A stretch of DNA of 64,000 bases, taken from positions 1-64,000 of the IMG/VR virus record IMGVR_UViG_3300037310_000404. One strand, written 5' to 3'. This DNA comes from a virus. Under the pieces are notes generated by a model that saw only the letters and a list, made by a program, of their open reading frames with translations, had not been told where the DNA came from and made no database searches. Position 1 is the stretch's first letter. Each line of letters starts with the position of its first letter. Of this stretch, positions 17,882 through 28,302 are shown piece by piece. The translations under genes were made by a program, and so were the position numbers.

Positions 17882-18414
17882 GTAAGGACTTCGCTCTCAG
17901 CGCAAAACTCAATATCATCTTTGAGTTAGGCGGAGTCCCCAACGAACCCCGGTTTACGAATTTAACAGAAGAGCAATGGGCTATTCTGCAGCAGCATTAT
18001 GTAAACCGCAAAGAGCAAGAGGCCGAGGTCATGATGGATCTCGTTGAATATCTTGCTATTCTAGTCACCCCGCATCCAAAAGAAGCCACGCAAATCATCG
18101 AAGAGCGCAGAAAGAAAGCTGAGCGCGAAAAGATAAAACAAGGCAAAATCGAAACTGCGTCTGATGAGTTTAAGCTATTCAAGAAAGATCACAGAAATAC
18201 CACGTTCCTTGATGCAATTAGGGAAGTGGGCGGTGAAGGAGCTATCGCTGATTTGCAGAAAGAATTCGAGGATGTTGATGCCAAGGCTTCGTCAACTGAA
18301 ATGTATGAGCTGGATTTTGAGGATTTGAGATTTATTGAAAAAGCAAGAGAAGAGGAAGCAAAAATCCTTGCCCAGAAAAAAACTGAGCAAGGATTTGATA
18401 GGATAGAGATATAA
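17875..18414 (+). CDS. Frameshift extension of the tail chaperone (gpGT-like)
   Basis: -1 frame open from the slippery site (KLSKDFALSAKLNII...) for ~50 codons before the first ATG at 18031, which has no RBS. Confidence 0.75.
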   Translation, partial: KLSKDFALSAKLNIIFELGGVPNEPRFTNLTEEQWAILQQHYVNRKEQEAEVMMDLVEYLAILVTPHPKEATQIIEERRKKAEREKIKQGKIETASDEFKLFKKDHRNTTFLDAIREVGGEGAIADLQKEFEDVDAKASSTEMYELDFEDLRFIEKAREEEAKILAQKKTEQGFDRIEI

Positions 18415-18651
18415 TCAGAAGATCATGAACCTCATCCATTCCCTGACTTTTTCAAGACTAGATGGATCTGTTAAAAATTGAACACAGTCCTTTGTGCATT
18501 CCGCTAAAACACCAAAAGAAACAGCTGCGAAATGCCAGACGGGAATTCCTGTGAAGAAGCAAAAAGCCAACACAAGAACAACGGGAATCCAGAAGTCTAA
18601 AAAGAAGTCAAGAATCCACCTGAAGCTTTTAAAGATAAGGTTTAAAGTCAT
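18415..18651 (-). CDS. Small membrane protein on the antisense strand (moron-like)
   Basis: RBS AGGAGG before the ATG; hydrophobic core FWIPVVLVLAFCFFTGIPVWHFAAVSFGVLA; own promoter. Confidence 0.75.
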   Translation of the reverse strand: MTLNLIFKSFRWILDFFLDFWIPVVLVLAFCFFTGIPVWHFAAVSFGVLAECTKDCVQFLTDPSSLEKVREWMRFMIF

Positions 18652-18675
18652 GGCTTCCTCCTAATCCTTGACTTT

Positions 18676-18704
18676 ATAATACCATAAGGCGGAATTAATG
18701 TCAA
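18676..18704 (-). promoter_or_regulatory. Sigma70 promoter TTGACA-N17-TATTAT
   Basis: Reverse complement reads TTGACA ttaattccgccttatgg TATTAT: perfect -35, 17-bp spacer and a TG extension. Confidence 0.8.
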
Positions 18705-20873
18705 ATGAAAAATATATATATTAAAATCTCAAAAAACCTTTATCAAGAAGGAATTCCTTTGGGGCGTGGATATGGAGAGCAGTCCGCACGCCCCGTTTTT
18801 GATGGATTATTCTTTGTAAAATACAGTGCTCCCCATATTGAGGGCGATGCAACCATAACTGTGCAGGTTATGGGGAATATCAGTACGGCACCCACCTATA
18901 AGTTTGCTGGTGTTCTTATGCAATCTTCAGTTATTGACATATTCCTTCCATCCTCAGATCTTATTAATTCTATCCAAAGCGTCTTTTACGAATATCTTAA
19001 GGACACCAAGCATCCTCTTCCTGAAAAACAGATCAATATGATAGTGTCCAGACTTGTCTCAGATATTATTAATAATGTCCCTACCAAGTCAATCTACAAG
19101 ACCTTGCGCGAGGAAAATCCTAGCGCCTATAGTAAAGTTGAAACCGCTTATTTTTCAAAAACCAAACGTCACATTATCCAGGATTTAGAAGAACTACAGA
19201 AGCGCCAACACACCTATGAATATCAAATTGAATCATCTGGGGATTCCGCAAAGGCCGTTGAGGAATATCCAGAATATATCAATCGACTTGAGCAAAAGCT
19301 AAGGAGCCGCAAAGACGTAGCTTCTCTTGACGGGTCTTTTATCAAGCTTGCCCAGACCAGGGATTTCAAATCTGGCGAGCTTGTTCAGCTGAATTTTAAC
19401 AAGATTGATGAAAGAAAGCTCGAAGAGAAAGATGCCAAAAACCTTAAGGCTTTAAGGGAATACACACTGAAGCAGATCCAGAAATACAACTTAAATCCAA
19501 AAGTATTTTCATTTAAGAGAAAGACGGTTAACCCTGATTTTTATCAAATTAGTGGAATCGAAAAAGATTCTGATGGTGACCAGGTATACACTATCAATGT
19601 TTGGAAGGGTTTTGTAGAAAAAGCCAAAAATCTTTCAAATCAAATGGTGGCTCAGGAACTAGCAAAAGAAGTGGGCATGAGCGATAAAGACGCGTCTAGA
19701 ATGAATCGATATGCTGAAGAATATGGTCTAAGGCCAGAGGAGTTGGTGGCCTATATTAAAGATGCCAAGAATAAGGGTTTCTTTAAGGGTGGTTTTACCA
19801 AGGAAGAATTCGATAGGTATTACAGCAAGCCTGGTACTAACGTGTATGAAAGATCCGAGCAATACGGAGTAACTCCTGAGCAATACGTAAAGGATCTTAG
19901 GGCAGCTGGCGAACAGGGTATGTCATATGAGGAATACTTGCAGTCGGCGCAAGATGAAAAGAAAGAAGAGGCTAAGTCCCAAAAAGAAAAGTCAGGCCTG
20001 GGATTAGACCAAGATGACCTAGAAGAAGCTGCTAAAAAATACGGCAAAGATCCCGACGAGCTCTTAGAAATAGTAAGAAGGGCTAAAAAGCTAGGTTTGT
20101 TCGTGGATGATCTTTTTAGGCATGCTGACGAGAATGATATTAGCCTAGAAGAGGTTATCGGTGCCCAACACTATGTTCAAGAGGCTATGGCGGAGGGGGA
20201 AGATATAGATTTCCAGGAAGCCCTCGACCGGTATCTAAAAGAAAATAAGGCTTTGGCTAAAAATGTTTCGACTAAAGCTTTGGCTGGCGGATATGAGGCC
20301 GTAAAAAACAAAGACAAGATCCTGCAGGCCTATAAGAATTATGAGGATGCGGACCAGCTAGAGAAGCTACCTGCCGAATTTAGAGATGTCGCTAAAAAAT
20401 TAGGCGATCCAGCCTATGTTGCATCTGCTATTCTTGAACATTTTCAAATGAACCCCAAGACTTTCCAAAATAAAGAAAGAGCCATTCATAATTATTACAA
20501 GATCAGAGATATGTTAAGACAGTTGACGGCGGATAAGGTTGAGCCTCCGAAAGAAATGGTTACAGTGTATAAGCAGATTACTCCAATTGCTCAAGATAGA
20601 ATAATAGCTGAGGAGTTTCAGCGGAATGGAATACCTACTGGGTTTTTCAAGAACACCGCTGGAGCCGAGAAGTTTAAAGATAAGATAATCCAAGCTTATA
20701 ATAATATCAAATCAAGAGATAAAGAGTTTAATAATCCAAAACTAGAAAAATTAGTACAGATAGTCAATAGCAAGCAACAAGCGGCACCGCAGCAACAGGG
20801 GCCGCAGGCCGAGCAGGGACAGCAAACAACCGAAGCCATCCCGCAGGCACCTTCTGGTGAAATGGCACAATAA
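18705..20873 (+). CDS. Large K/E-rich helical hypothetical protein with internal repeats
   Basis: 722-aa ORF with three similar YG...E(L/Y)(V/L)...A...G units and a Q-rich C-terminus. Confidence 0.75.
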   Translation: MKNIYIKISKNLYQEGIPLGRGYGEQSARPVFDGLFFVKYSAPHIEGDATITVQVMGNISTAPTYKFAGVLMQSSVIDIFLPSSDLINSIQSVFYEYLKDTKHPLPEKQINMIVSRLVSDIINNVPTKSIYKTLREENPSAYSKVETAYFSKTKRHIIQDLEELQKRQHTYEYQIESSGDSAKAVEEYPEYINRLEQKLRSRKDVASLDGSFIKLAQTRDFKSGELVQLNFNKIDERKLEEKDAKNLKALREYTLKQIQKYNLNPKVFSFKRKTVNPDFYQISGIEKDSDGDQVYTINVWKGFVEKAKNLSNQMVAQELAKEVGMSDKDASRMNRYAEEYGLRPEELVAYIKDAKNKGFFKGGFTKEEFDRYYSKPGTNVYERSEQYGVTPEQYVKDLRAAGEQGMSYEEYLQSAQDEKKEEAKSQKEKSGLGLDQDDLEEAAKKYGKDPDELLEIVRRAKKLGLFVDDLFRHADENDISLEEVIGAQHYVQEAMAEGEDIDFQEALDRYLKENKALAKNVSTKALAGGYEAVKNKDKILQAYKNYEDADQLEKLPAEFRDVAKKLGDPAYVASAILEHFQMNPKTFQNKERAIHNYYKIRDMLRQLTADKVEPPKEMVTVYKQITPIAQDRIIAEEFQRNGIPTGFFKNTAGAEKFKDKIIQAYNNIKSRDKEFNNPKLEKLVQIVNSKQQAAPQQQGPQAEQGQQTTEAIPQAPSGEMAQ

Positions 20874-20876
20874 CAA

Positions 20877-22760
20877 ATGGCTGATCCGAACATCCCAAAT
20901 GTAGATCCTGCATTAATGAACTCTTTCCAAACCATGAAAGAGCAGTCTACTCAAGTTGCAAACAACATGAAGCAGGCCGTCGGCGCATTGAGTACCATGG
21001 CCGATGAGATGGAGGATTTTGCCGGGGAAACTACTAATTACCTAAAACAATTAGGTCAAATTCAGACTTACGGTCAGGGTTTAGCCAAAGCAGACAAGGC
21101 TCATTTAGAAGCGGTTAGGAGACAGCTTGAGAGTCAAAGAGGCATGGTCTCCGTAACCAAACAGCTATCTGATATAAACAAGGCCAATCTTGCAATCAAC
21201 AAACAACAGATAGATAATTTGAGGGAACAAGGCAAGTATATCAGAGCCAACATGAAAGAGTGGTCTCAAGGATTTAGAAATCCTGAGACTGGAAAGTTCT
21301 CGGCTGGATCCACATCTCAAAAAGTAATGGAGACTGCCCAGAACCCTCAGGCTCAACTAGAAAATCTTGGTGGTCCGTGGGGCATGTTGATAAAGTTCAT
21401 CATTGATACAATTGACGGAATTAGAAAACTAAGATCTGAATTACAGGCCGCCGATGCTGCGAGTGGAAATTTTGTAAAGGGTATGGGTGAGGCATCCAAG
21501 GCCGCTATGAACCTGAAGCAATCTCAAATGGAGTTTGCTACTCAAGGGTTAGATGTTGAGCAAGTAGCCGATATGTATAAGGCTTTAAAGGCTACTGGCA
21601 TAGATGCTCTCGGAGCAATCAGCCCAACGGTCGGGAAGCTTTCTGAGATGGCTGATGCCGTTAATATATTCTCCAAGGCTACCGGTGAAGGCTATGATGC
21701 CGTTGCTGGTAGGTTTGCCGACTTTATCCGTAATTTTGGTATAGCCAAGAGTGACGTAAAAGCCAAGTACTTTGAGATATTAAAGACGGCTGAAGCTGTT
21801 GGTCAAAAAGGAATTATGACCACATCAAAGTATATGCAGAGCGTCATGTCTCTTGCTGATGCTTTTAAAGATGTTGGTGTAAACGTAACGGATGTAAACA
21901 AGGTTCTATCAACCGTATCTACAACAATGGTAAAAATGGGCAGACCTGCAGAAAATATTCAAAAGGTTGCCCAGGGAATTATGGGTATATCCAAGGCTGG
22001 CGAAGGTTGGAAAGTGTTCATGGCCAAGATGTCTGGCGTTCAGGGTGGCTATGCTCAGTCGTTATTTGCCGCCGAGCAGCGTGGCGCTGGGTTTGACTTG
22101 ACCAAGGCCGGAAAACAAGATGTTGGAAAAATGATAGCCATGGCGCGAGCGGCAATATTGCAACCAACAGCCGGGATAGGCGATACTGCCACGAGGCGTC
22201 TAATGATTGAAAGAATGGGATCTCAATTCGGAATGGATGCTGAAACAACGCAGGTGTTCCAAAAGTTATCCGAGGGCGCAATATCTCAGGAGCAGGCTGC
22301 CGGAAGCATTGAGAAGCTTAGAGAGGCTGCTCAAAAGTACAATCTTGACTCAAAGGGCATGTTCGACATTATAAGAAATATCTTAACAGGACTTATTGCC
22401 AAGCCGATCATCATGATCTATAGAATCCTTTCAAACTGGAAGGGTTCGGCTGCGGATAAAAAAATGGCTGGCGATATGGACAAAGCCATTAATAAGGGAG
22501 CGGCCGGAGGTGCCTATATAAAGAGCGGCGGAATGTTAAGAGTTCATGCTAACGAGGTTGTTGGAGGTGGTATGGTTGTTCCTGCCGCGCAAACCAGATC
22601 TTTAACCACGGCCGATCTTCGACGCGGCGGTCAGGGTAGCTTTAATATCAATGTTAATGTGAATATGGACGGAAATACGCTTCATAAAGCATTTCAGGAA
22701 GCTGAAAGCAAAACAGTTGCTATGATCAGAAAGCAACAGAAAGCTAATTTCGGGGGATAA
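20877..22760 (+). CDS. Tape measure protein
   Basis: Ala/Gln/Met/Lys-rich and helical; downstream of the chaperone; C-terminal GGMLRVHANE-type motif; precedes baseplate genes. Confidence 0.75.
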   Translation: MADPNIPNVDPALMNSFQTMKEQSTQVANNMKQAVGALSTMADEMEDFAGETTNYLKQLGQIQTYGQGLAKADKAHLEAVRRQLESQRGMVSVTKQLSDINKANLAINKQQIDNLREQGKYIRANMKEWSQGFRNPETGKFSAGSTSQKVMETAQNPQAQLENLGGPWGMLIKFIIDTIDGIRKLRSELQAADAASGNFVKGMGEASKAAMNLKQSQMEFATQGLDVEQVADMYKALKATGIDALGAISPTVGKLSEMADAVNIFSKATGEGYDAVAGRFADFIRNFGIAKSDVKAKYFEILKTAEAVGQKGIMTTSKYMQSVMSLADAFKDVGVNVTDVNKVLSTVSTTMVKMGRPAENIQKVAQGIMGISKAGEGWKVFMAKMSGVQGGYAQSLFAAEQRGAGFDLTKAGKQDVGKMIAMARAAILQPTAGIGDTATRRLMIERMGSQFGMDAETTQVFQKLSEGAISQEQAAGSIEKLREAAQKYNLDSKGMFDIIRNILTGLIAKPIIMIYRILSNWKGSAADKKMAGDMDKAINKGAAGGAYIKSGGMLRVHANEVVGGGMVVPAAQTRSLTTADLRRGGQGSFNINVNVNMDGNTLHKAFQEAESKTVAMIRKQQKANFGG

Positions 22761-22763
22761 TAG

Positions 22764-23630
22764 ATGTCTTCCTTTTTACCTGTAGATGTAAATAAAATAT
22801 CTACACTAGTATCGAATGTAACGCAATCATTGCCTCCAACCCTTTCTCAGGCAGTAGGTAATGCTTTGCCTGTTGGACAAATAGGCTCATCCACAATAGT
22901 CAACAATTTGCAGAGGCTGGCTAATCAGGTTGTTCCTGGAGCTGGAAGCCTAATCCAGCAGCAGTCGGCATTTCCATATAAAAAACAGGTTAGCTTTATG
23001 CTTCTGGATCGAAATGGCGCTCCACTGGCAACTCCGGCTGGTAATAATGAAAACTTTCAACCAGGATACTTCTTCAAGATGTTTGTTAACCCAAGCAACT
23101 TTTCTGTGACACTGCCGCCAAAAACGATAGTACCAGTAAGGACTTTGGGCGGATGGAAAATGCAGCATTGGTATCCGGACATTGGTTCTATACGGGCAGA
23201 CGGAATTATTGGTAATATGCTTGAAAGATTCAATAGAGATCTTAAGGACTCCACGGCATGGAGACAGTTTCAAAAATTGGTAACAGTCTACCAGCAAAAT
23301 GGAGTTCCATATAGTCCTCCCGGATCTAATAATGCAAACAGGCAATCGCTTCAGGCTTTATTTGCCCCAACCGCAGTTTGTATATATGATAGAGTTAGAT
23401 ACGACGGATACTTTGAAAGCTTCGAATATACGGAATCAGAAGAGACTCCTCATACTGTACGGTATGGTTTAAACTTTAGATTCTTGCAATACATGGATTT
23501 GGCGGATATTCCTGGCATAACCAGATCCGCCTCTGTCGATGCGAGCGTTTTAAATGCAATTATTCCACAATCTCGTGTTAATCAGGTTCAATCTGATATA
23601 ACAAAGATGTTTAGCTCAATAAAACTATAA
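22764..23630 (+). CDS. Baseplate tail-tube initiator (tube-fold) protein
   Basis: FKMFVNPSNFSV...RTLGGW..QHW...I.ADG and YDGYFESFEYTESEE pattern; follows the tape measure. Confidence 0.65.
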   Translation: MSSFLPVDVNKISTLVSNVTQSLPPTLSQAVGNALPVGQIGSSTIVNNLQRLANQVVPGAGSLIQQQSAFPYKKQVSFMLLDRNGAPLATPAGNNENFQPGYFFKMFVNPSNFSVTLPPKTIVPVRTLGGWKMQHWYPDIGSIRADGIIGNMLERFNRDLKDSTAWRQFQKLVTVYQQNGVPYSPPGSNNANRQSLQALFAPTAVCIYDRVRYDGYFESFEYTESEETPHTVRYGLNFRFLQYMDLADIPGITRSASVDASVLNAIIPQSRVNQVQSDITKMFSSIKL

Positions 23631-26600
23631 TGGCAGATGCAACATTTAACAAAATAAATAACGGCCGAGTTCATATGTTCTATAGTTCAGAACATAGTGA
23701 TCCGGATGCTTTGGTTATATTAAATCGTGGAACGGAATTCGAGCAGGACGTTACAGGAGACTTGATTGCGTTCAATACTAATAACTCAATTGATAGTATT
23801 ACCGGAAGTTTCACGGTTACGTTGGATAATAAGAATGACCATTTAGTTAATAGATTCAACTTTTCCAAGATAAAGAAGATGAGCTCTATTGAAATATTTG
23901 TAAAGCCTCTTCAGAACGACACTAGCGCCAAAGATCCAAATGCCGGATCTCAGACAATAATGATCCCACAGAAGAGTGGCTCAGAGAAACAAACCCTCAA
24001 CAAGGTAATCGATGATACTTATGGTAGCGGAATAACTCCGGATCAAAGAAATAATATATTAAGACAGATACGCGACATGAACAGCATGAGAACAGCCCCG
24101 GTGCTAGCCATGCGAATAGACAAGCAAGGAATGTTTCGTCAAGGCTATGATCTTACAAGAACAGAAACCCCGCTCGACACTAGGCTGCTATTTTCTAAAA
24201 TAGCCGATTCCAATAGCAACTTTACTATGATATTGGCTAAGGGCATAAATGATATATATTCGGAAGATGCTTTTCAACTTTCATTTTACTCTACTGGCGT
24301 CAAAACACCGGCTGAGGCGGTGTTTTTCATAAAAAATATTGTAGCAGAAAAAACTATACCGTTGCCATCTGATCCGGATGCCGAGCTTGGAGATACAGAT
24401 AGGTCGATTTCTTTAAAAGTTCCAATACCACCCAATTTATATCAAAGGGTATTTTTTGGTGTTGTTCTTAACGTTAATAACTCGGTGGCTCCTGCTGGCG
24501 GTTTAACCGTCAATCTAAACGGTAAAGGGGTCGGTTATTGGCTAGAAGCATCCGTAATCAATTTGAATCCTGGTGGCTATGAACAAACGGTGACGGGATT
24601 GAATTTAAGTGTTTTTGCTAATCGTTTTGCGGAAAGAAAAGCTCTGGATATTTTTAGAGAGTTGCTTAGCGTTAGTACCGGTGATTTACCAGCCACCACT
24701 AATTTAAATTTAAACACTCTCCAGACTAGCGCTGAATACTTGCAACTAAGAGGAGAGCCCGATCCGAATAATCCTGATAATAATCTGGGGTCTACCTTAA
24801 AGAATCTTTATGGGGGATCTCTAAGATTTTTAGATGAAAACGGCGATGAGATAACCGATCGCAAGATAACGTTGCGCAGCACAACAAATCCTCAAAAAAT
24901 AAATGAGCTGAACTATAAATTGGAAAGAGTCTATAAGGGATTTGCTCTTCAGTCTGATGCCGCGACCCCGGATATAAAAACAACATTAAAAGATAAAGAT
25001 TGGCTTGCGCTAAGTATAGAATACAATAAAAATGCTGCATCGCTAAAAACAGCCGCTGATAAGTTGGTATCTTTAAACACAAAGATAGATCAGGCTCTGG
25101 CTAATGGACAATCCAGTTCTGATGTTGACAAGAAATATAAGAAAGATCTTAACGCTATCCAATCAAATGTAAACTCCCTAGAGAAGAAAAGGGACGAATT
25201 ACGCGAAAAATTGAGTAAAAATGACAGAGTGAAAGAGCAGATTGAGGCAGTAGAGGTTACGCGCAAAGAAATCCAAGATCAGATGCAGGTTTCATTGTCA
25301 ACTAGCGGCAGAACAAACTTCCTTAAACAGTTCGGAATCATTCAGCATTGGAAGAAGATATTTGCGCAGCTAATACTAGAGGTAATGGACAATGACTCCT
25401 TCTTAAATAATATCTACCCATTCAATTATATGTTTAAGGAACCACAGCCATCCTTAGACGGTGATTATGTTTCAAAAGCAACACTTGGCCAACAAATAGC
25501 GGATTATTTAAACTATGAATTCTATTTTGATGCGAATGGACATTTTGTACTTAAGCCGCCTTTGTACCATCTGGATTATGATGATACGAATGCACTTTAT
25601 ATAATAAATGATGATGACGTTGTGTCCTTCAGCTGTAATGACACCGTCGATGGCATTATTACAAGGATTGGTGTAGCTGGAGATTATCGCGAGTCACCCG
25701 GCATAGAAAAGACAATTATCTATAATATTTTCCAGGACATGCGACTCATAAGAGATTACGGGTTTCACGCCAAAGAAATAAACAACCTATATTTCATTAA
25801 TAATAATTCTGACGCAAGAGATTTTGGGCAATCGTTTATGGCCAGGAATAATATGAATCTCTTTAACGCCTCTGTGACGATAAACGGACGTCCTGGCATG
25901 AGAATAGGTACAGTTGTTTATCTAAAACCAAGAGATACAGTTTATTACATCAGAGAAATATCCCATGAATTCTCGGTTGGCGGAACATTCCAAACAACAC
26001 TGACACTAATCGGCGGAAGAAGAATATTACAAGGATTCCCATCAACAAGCGAAATAACCAAGTTTGAAAGGGTTAGAACAGATATTTTTACTCAAAATGG
26101 GCAAAGAACTTCTGGAACAGTCAACAGAGAAGTGGGTAAATATACAATAACCCACTATATTCTGTCGGACGGATTTAATGCCGAATCAATTGCTGAAAAC
26201 GAGATAGCTCAGGGTATTCCGGACGGACAACAGCAACAGGCCGCAAATACGCAGGCTGCAGTTGGTGGTGGTCCGACGAAAGAAAAACAGTCTATTATTC
26301 TTAGAAATGCATATCAGATATCTAGCCACTATAACCAGGCGTTGATAGGATTAATCGTGCTACCCGAAAAGGATCAGAGCAATAATGCTATTGCTGATAT
26401 TAATATAGCTAATTATAATTTTTTAAAGAACCTATCTGTAACGAGTGTTCCGCCGGTGACAAATGTATTGGATCTATCTGCTACGAAAAAACAAAAGGCC
26501 ATTGATATTATAGGCGAGTCATTTGACATCTTTCTTGCAGAGCGTGATATCACCAAAGATAATGCTGGCTCCAAGTTCACTGTTTTGGTAAAGGATGAAT

Positions 26601-27049
26601 TTGTTAGATCATTCTTAAAAGAAATGCAAGATGCTATCACCGAAGATGGGGGCCTGAGCAAAGCAATAAAAATACAATATCAGGATGCTTCTATTATATT
26701 TAATAGAATCATTAACGACTTAGATAATAACGGAACGTATAAGCAAATAACCGATCAGACCGGCAGGGAGCTTCCGGCATATCAGAACTTTGGTCTTAGC
26801 CTTTACATACAAAATTCCAGTTTTGCTGTTAATAGCGCCGTGGAGAATACTAATCTTCTTGAGAGTGCAAGGAATAATGCCACCAAAGAAAACGCTATCA
26901 AGCAAGCAGCAAGATCTCTGTCTGGAACCCATAATCCAAATGGGGAAGCGTTAAAGAAAATCCTTGAAATTAATTTCAAGAAATACAGTTTTGATTCTGT
27001 GCAACAACCACCAACTAATGAAGGCAAGCAACCGGGAGCCTCCCAATGA
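23630..27049 (+). CDS. Baseplate hub protein (gp27/gpD-like) with large insertions
   Basis: SITGSFTVTL, RVFFGVV, YEFYFDANGHFVLKPP and ASVTINGRPGMRIG...YYIREISHEFSVGGTFQTTLTL motifs. Confidence 0.75.
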   Translation: MADATFNKINNGRVHMFYSSEHSDPDALVILNRGTEFEQDVTGDLIAFNTNNSIDSITGSFTVTLDNKNDHLVNRFNFSKIKKMSSIEIFVKPLQNDTSAKDPNAGSQTIMIPQKSGSEKQTLNKVIDDTYGSGITPDQRNNILRQIRDMNSMRTAPVLAMRIDKQGMFRQGYDLTRTETPLDTRLLFSKIADSNSNFTMILAKGINDIYSEDAFQLSFYSTGVKTPAEAVFFIKNIVAEKTIPLPSDPDAELGDTDRSISLKVPIPPNLYQRVFFGVVLNVNNSVAPAGGLTVNLNGKGVGYWLEASVINLNPGGYEQTVTGLNLSVFANRFAERKALDIFRELLSVSTGDLPATTNLNLNTLQTSAEYLQLRGEPDPNNPDNNLGSTLKNLYGGSLRFLDENGDEITDRKITLRSTTNPQKINELNYKLERVYKGFALQSDAATPDIKTTLKDKDWLALSIEYNKNAASLKTAADKLVSLNTKIDQALANGQSSSDVDKKYKKDLNAIQSNVNSLEKKRDELREKLSKNDRVKEQIEAVEVTRKEIQDQMQVSLSTSGRTNFLKQFGIIQHWKKIFAQLILEVMDNDSFLNNIYPFNYMFKEPQPSLDGDYVSKATLGQQIADYLNYEFYFDANGHFVLKPPLYHLDYDDTNALYIINDDDVVSFSCNDTVDGIITRIGVAGDYRESPGIEKTIIYNIFQDMRLIRDYGFHAKEINNLYFINNNSDARDFGQSFMARNNMNLFNASVTINGRPGMRIGTVVYLKPRDTVYYIREISHEFSVGGTFQTTLTLIGGRRILQGFPSTSEITKFERVRTDIFTQNGQRTSGTVNREVGKYTITHYILSDGFNAESIAENEIAQGIPDGQQQQAANTQAAVGGGPTKEKQSIILRNAYQISSHYNQALIGLIVLPEKDQSNNAIADINIANYNFLKNLSVTSVPPVTNVLDLSATKKQKAIDIIGESFDIFLAERDITKDNAGSKFTVLVKDEFVRSFLKEMQDAITEDGGLSKAIKIQYQDASIIFNRIINDLDNNGTYKQITDQTGRELPAYQNFGLSLYIQNSSFAVNSAVENTNLLESARNNATKENAIKQAARSLSGTHNPNGEALKKILEINFKKYSFDSVQQPPTNEGKQPGASQ

Positions 27050-28266
27050 AAGATAGCATCTATTCAGAATTAGATATTGGTAATAAGAGAAATTCTCTTT
27101 CTAGTAATGATGGGTTGACTAGAAGATTTTCCATGCGTATTGCCAAAATTACCGGAATCAATAACGACAACAACACCATGTCGGTTGAGTGGCTCTGGCC
27201 ATTTCGTGGAGCCGCAAACAACATCGAGATCGGCTCTCCTTATATTGGTTTGCGAAGTGGTATACGTTTCGCTCCAGAGGTTGGCTCTATTCTGGTAATG
27301 GGTTATGCCGGTGAAAAAGTTGTAACCTTATCGTATTTAATGCCAAGCGACTACGACTCCTTATTGCGCGGTGAAAGAGATGCTAATGGCGACAGGGTTA
27401 GAATAAGAAAACTTGCAGAAGGCGAACTGCATTTAAACAGCGCAAAAAATGCCGAGATATATATGAGCGATAAGATAGAGTTGAGAGATAAAAACTACAA
27501 CTCTATTATTATCGATCCAAATACTAGCACAATTTTCCTTGAATCTGTTGATCTAAGTGTTGTAAATGAGGCCGGAAGCTTATTTATGGGGCAGGTGCGG
27601 CGTGGAATTGACAGTGAGATCCGGGTTGTTACTGACGATGGGAAAGAATTTACGAGCGTTGACGGCGGAAATGCTCTGAACGAAGTAAAAATCAAAGTAA
27701 AAGAACTTTCCGATCAGACTATCCTTTCTAGTGGTGATGAAAGCGAAACTATCGCCGAGATAACTCTTGGAACACTAGTTGATGATGACGGTGCGAAAAT
27801 TGTTAATCAGGCCGGAAATGAAATTGTTTGTGATATCAATTTTTCATCTGGAGCAAAAATACAAGTTGATAAGAAGGGTTTGATCGTATTTAATCAGGCA
27901 AACACCCTTAAGCCAACGGAGGTTCCGCCTATTCCTGATGATCTAAGCGCCAGCGATTCAGATTACGCTTATGTAGCCACTCCACAGCAAAGGGCAGCTA
28001 GGGAAGGTGATAGGCTAACTATACCAATCACATTTGCTACCAATCCGGACTTGGATCATCCTGGGCTAACCGCGAAACTGGTGCTGAACACAGCGGCACT
28101 TTCAAAGCTTGCCCAGTGCTTTATGTCTCCGTATGGACCATGCACATTCATACCTCTACAGCCAGACATTAACCTAGTTGGAGAGATAACGCAAGGTGCA
28201 AATGGCGTATTTATCGGCAGTTTGGATAAAGAAAAAGAGCAGCAAGAGTATAACAAAATCAATTAA
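27046..28266 (+). CDS. Baseplate central spike (gp5/gpV-like OB fold)
   Basis: IAKITGIN...GIRFAPEVGSILVMGY OB-fold pattern, beta-helix-like middle region, C-terminal AAREGD motif. Confidence 0.7.
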   Translation: MKDSIYSELDIGNKRNSLSSNDGLTRRFSMRIAKITGINNDNNTMSVEWLWPFRGAANNIEIGSPYIGLRSGIRFAPEVGSILVMGYAGEKVVTLSYLMPSDYDSLLRGERDANGDRVRIRKLAEGELHLNSAKNAEIYMSDKIELRDKNYNSIIIDPNTSTIFLESVDLSVVNEAGSLFMGQVRRGIDSEIRVVTDDGKEFTSVDGGNALNEVKIKVKELSDQTILSSGDESETIAEITLGTLVDDDGAKIVNQAGNEIVCDINFSSGAKIQVDKKGLIVFNQANTLKPTEVPPIPDDLSASDSDYAYVATPQQRAAREGDRLTIPITFATNPDLDHPGLTAKLVLNTAALSKLAQCFMSPYGPCTFIPLQPDINLVGEITQGANGVFIGSLDKEKEQQEYNKIN

Positions 28267-28270
28267 CCAC

Positions 28271-28281
28271 TTTTATAAAAA
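28271..28281. promoter_or_regulatory. Palindromic TTTTATAAAA motif
   Basis: Lies in the 36-bp gap before 28303. Confidence 0.5.
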
Positions 28282-28302
28282 TTAATTATAAGGACGGAAA
28301 GA

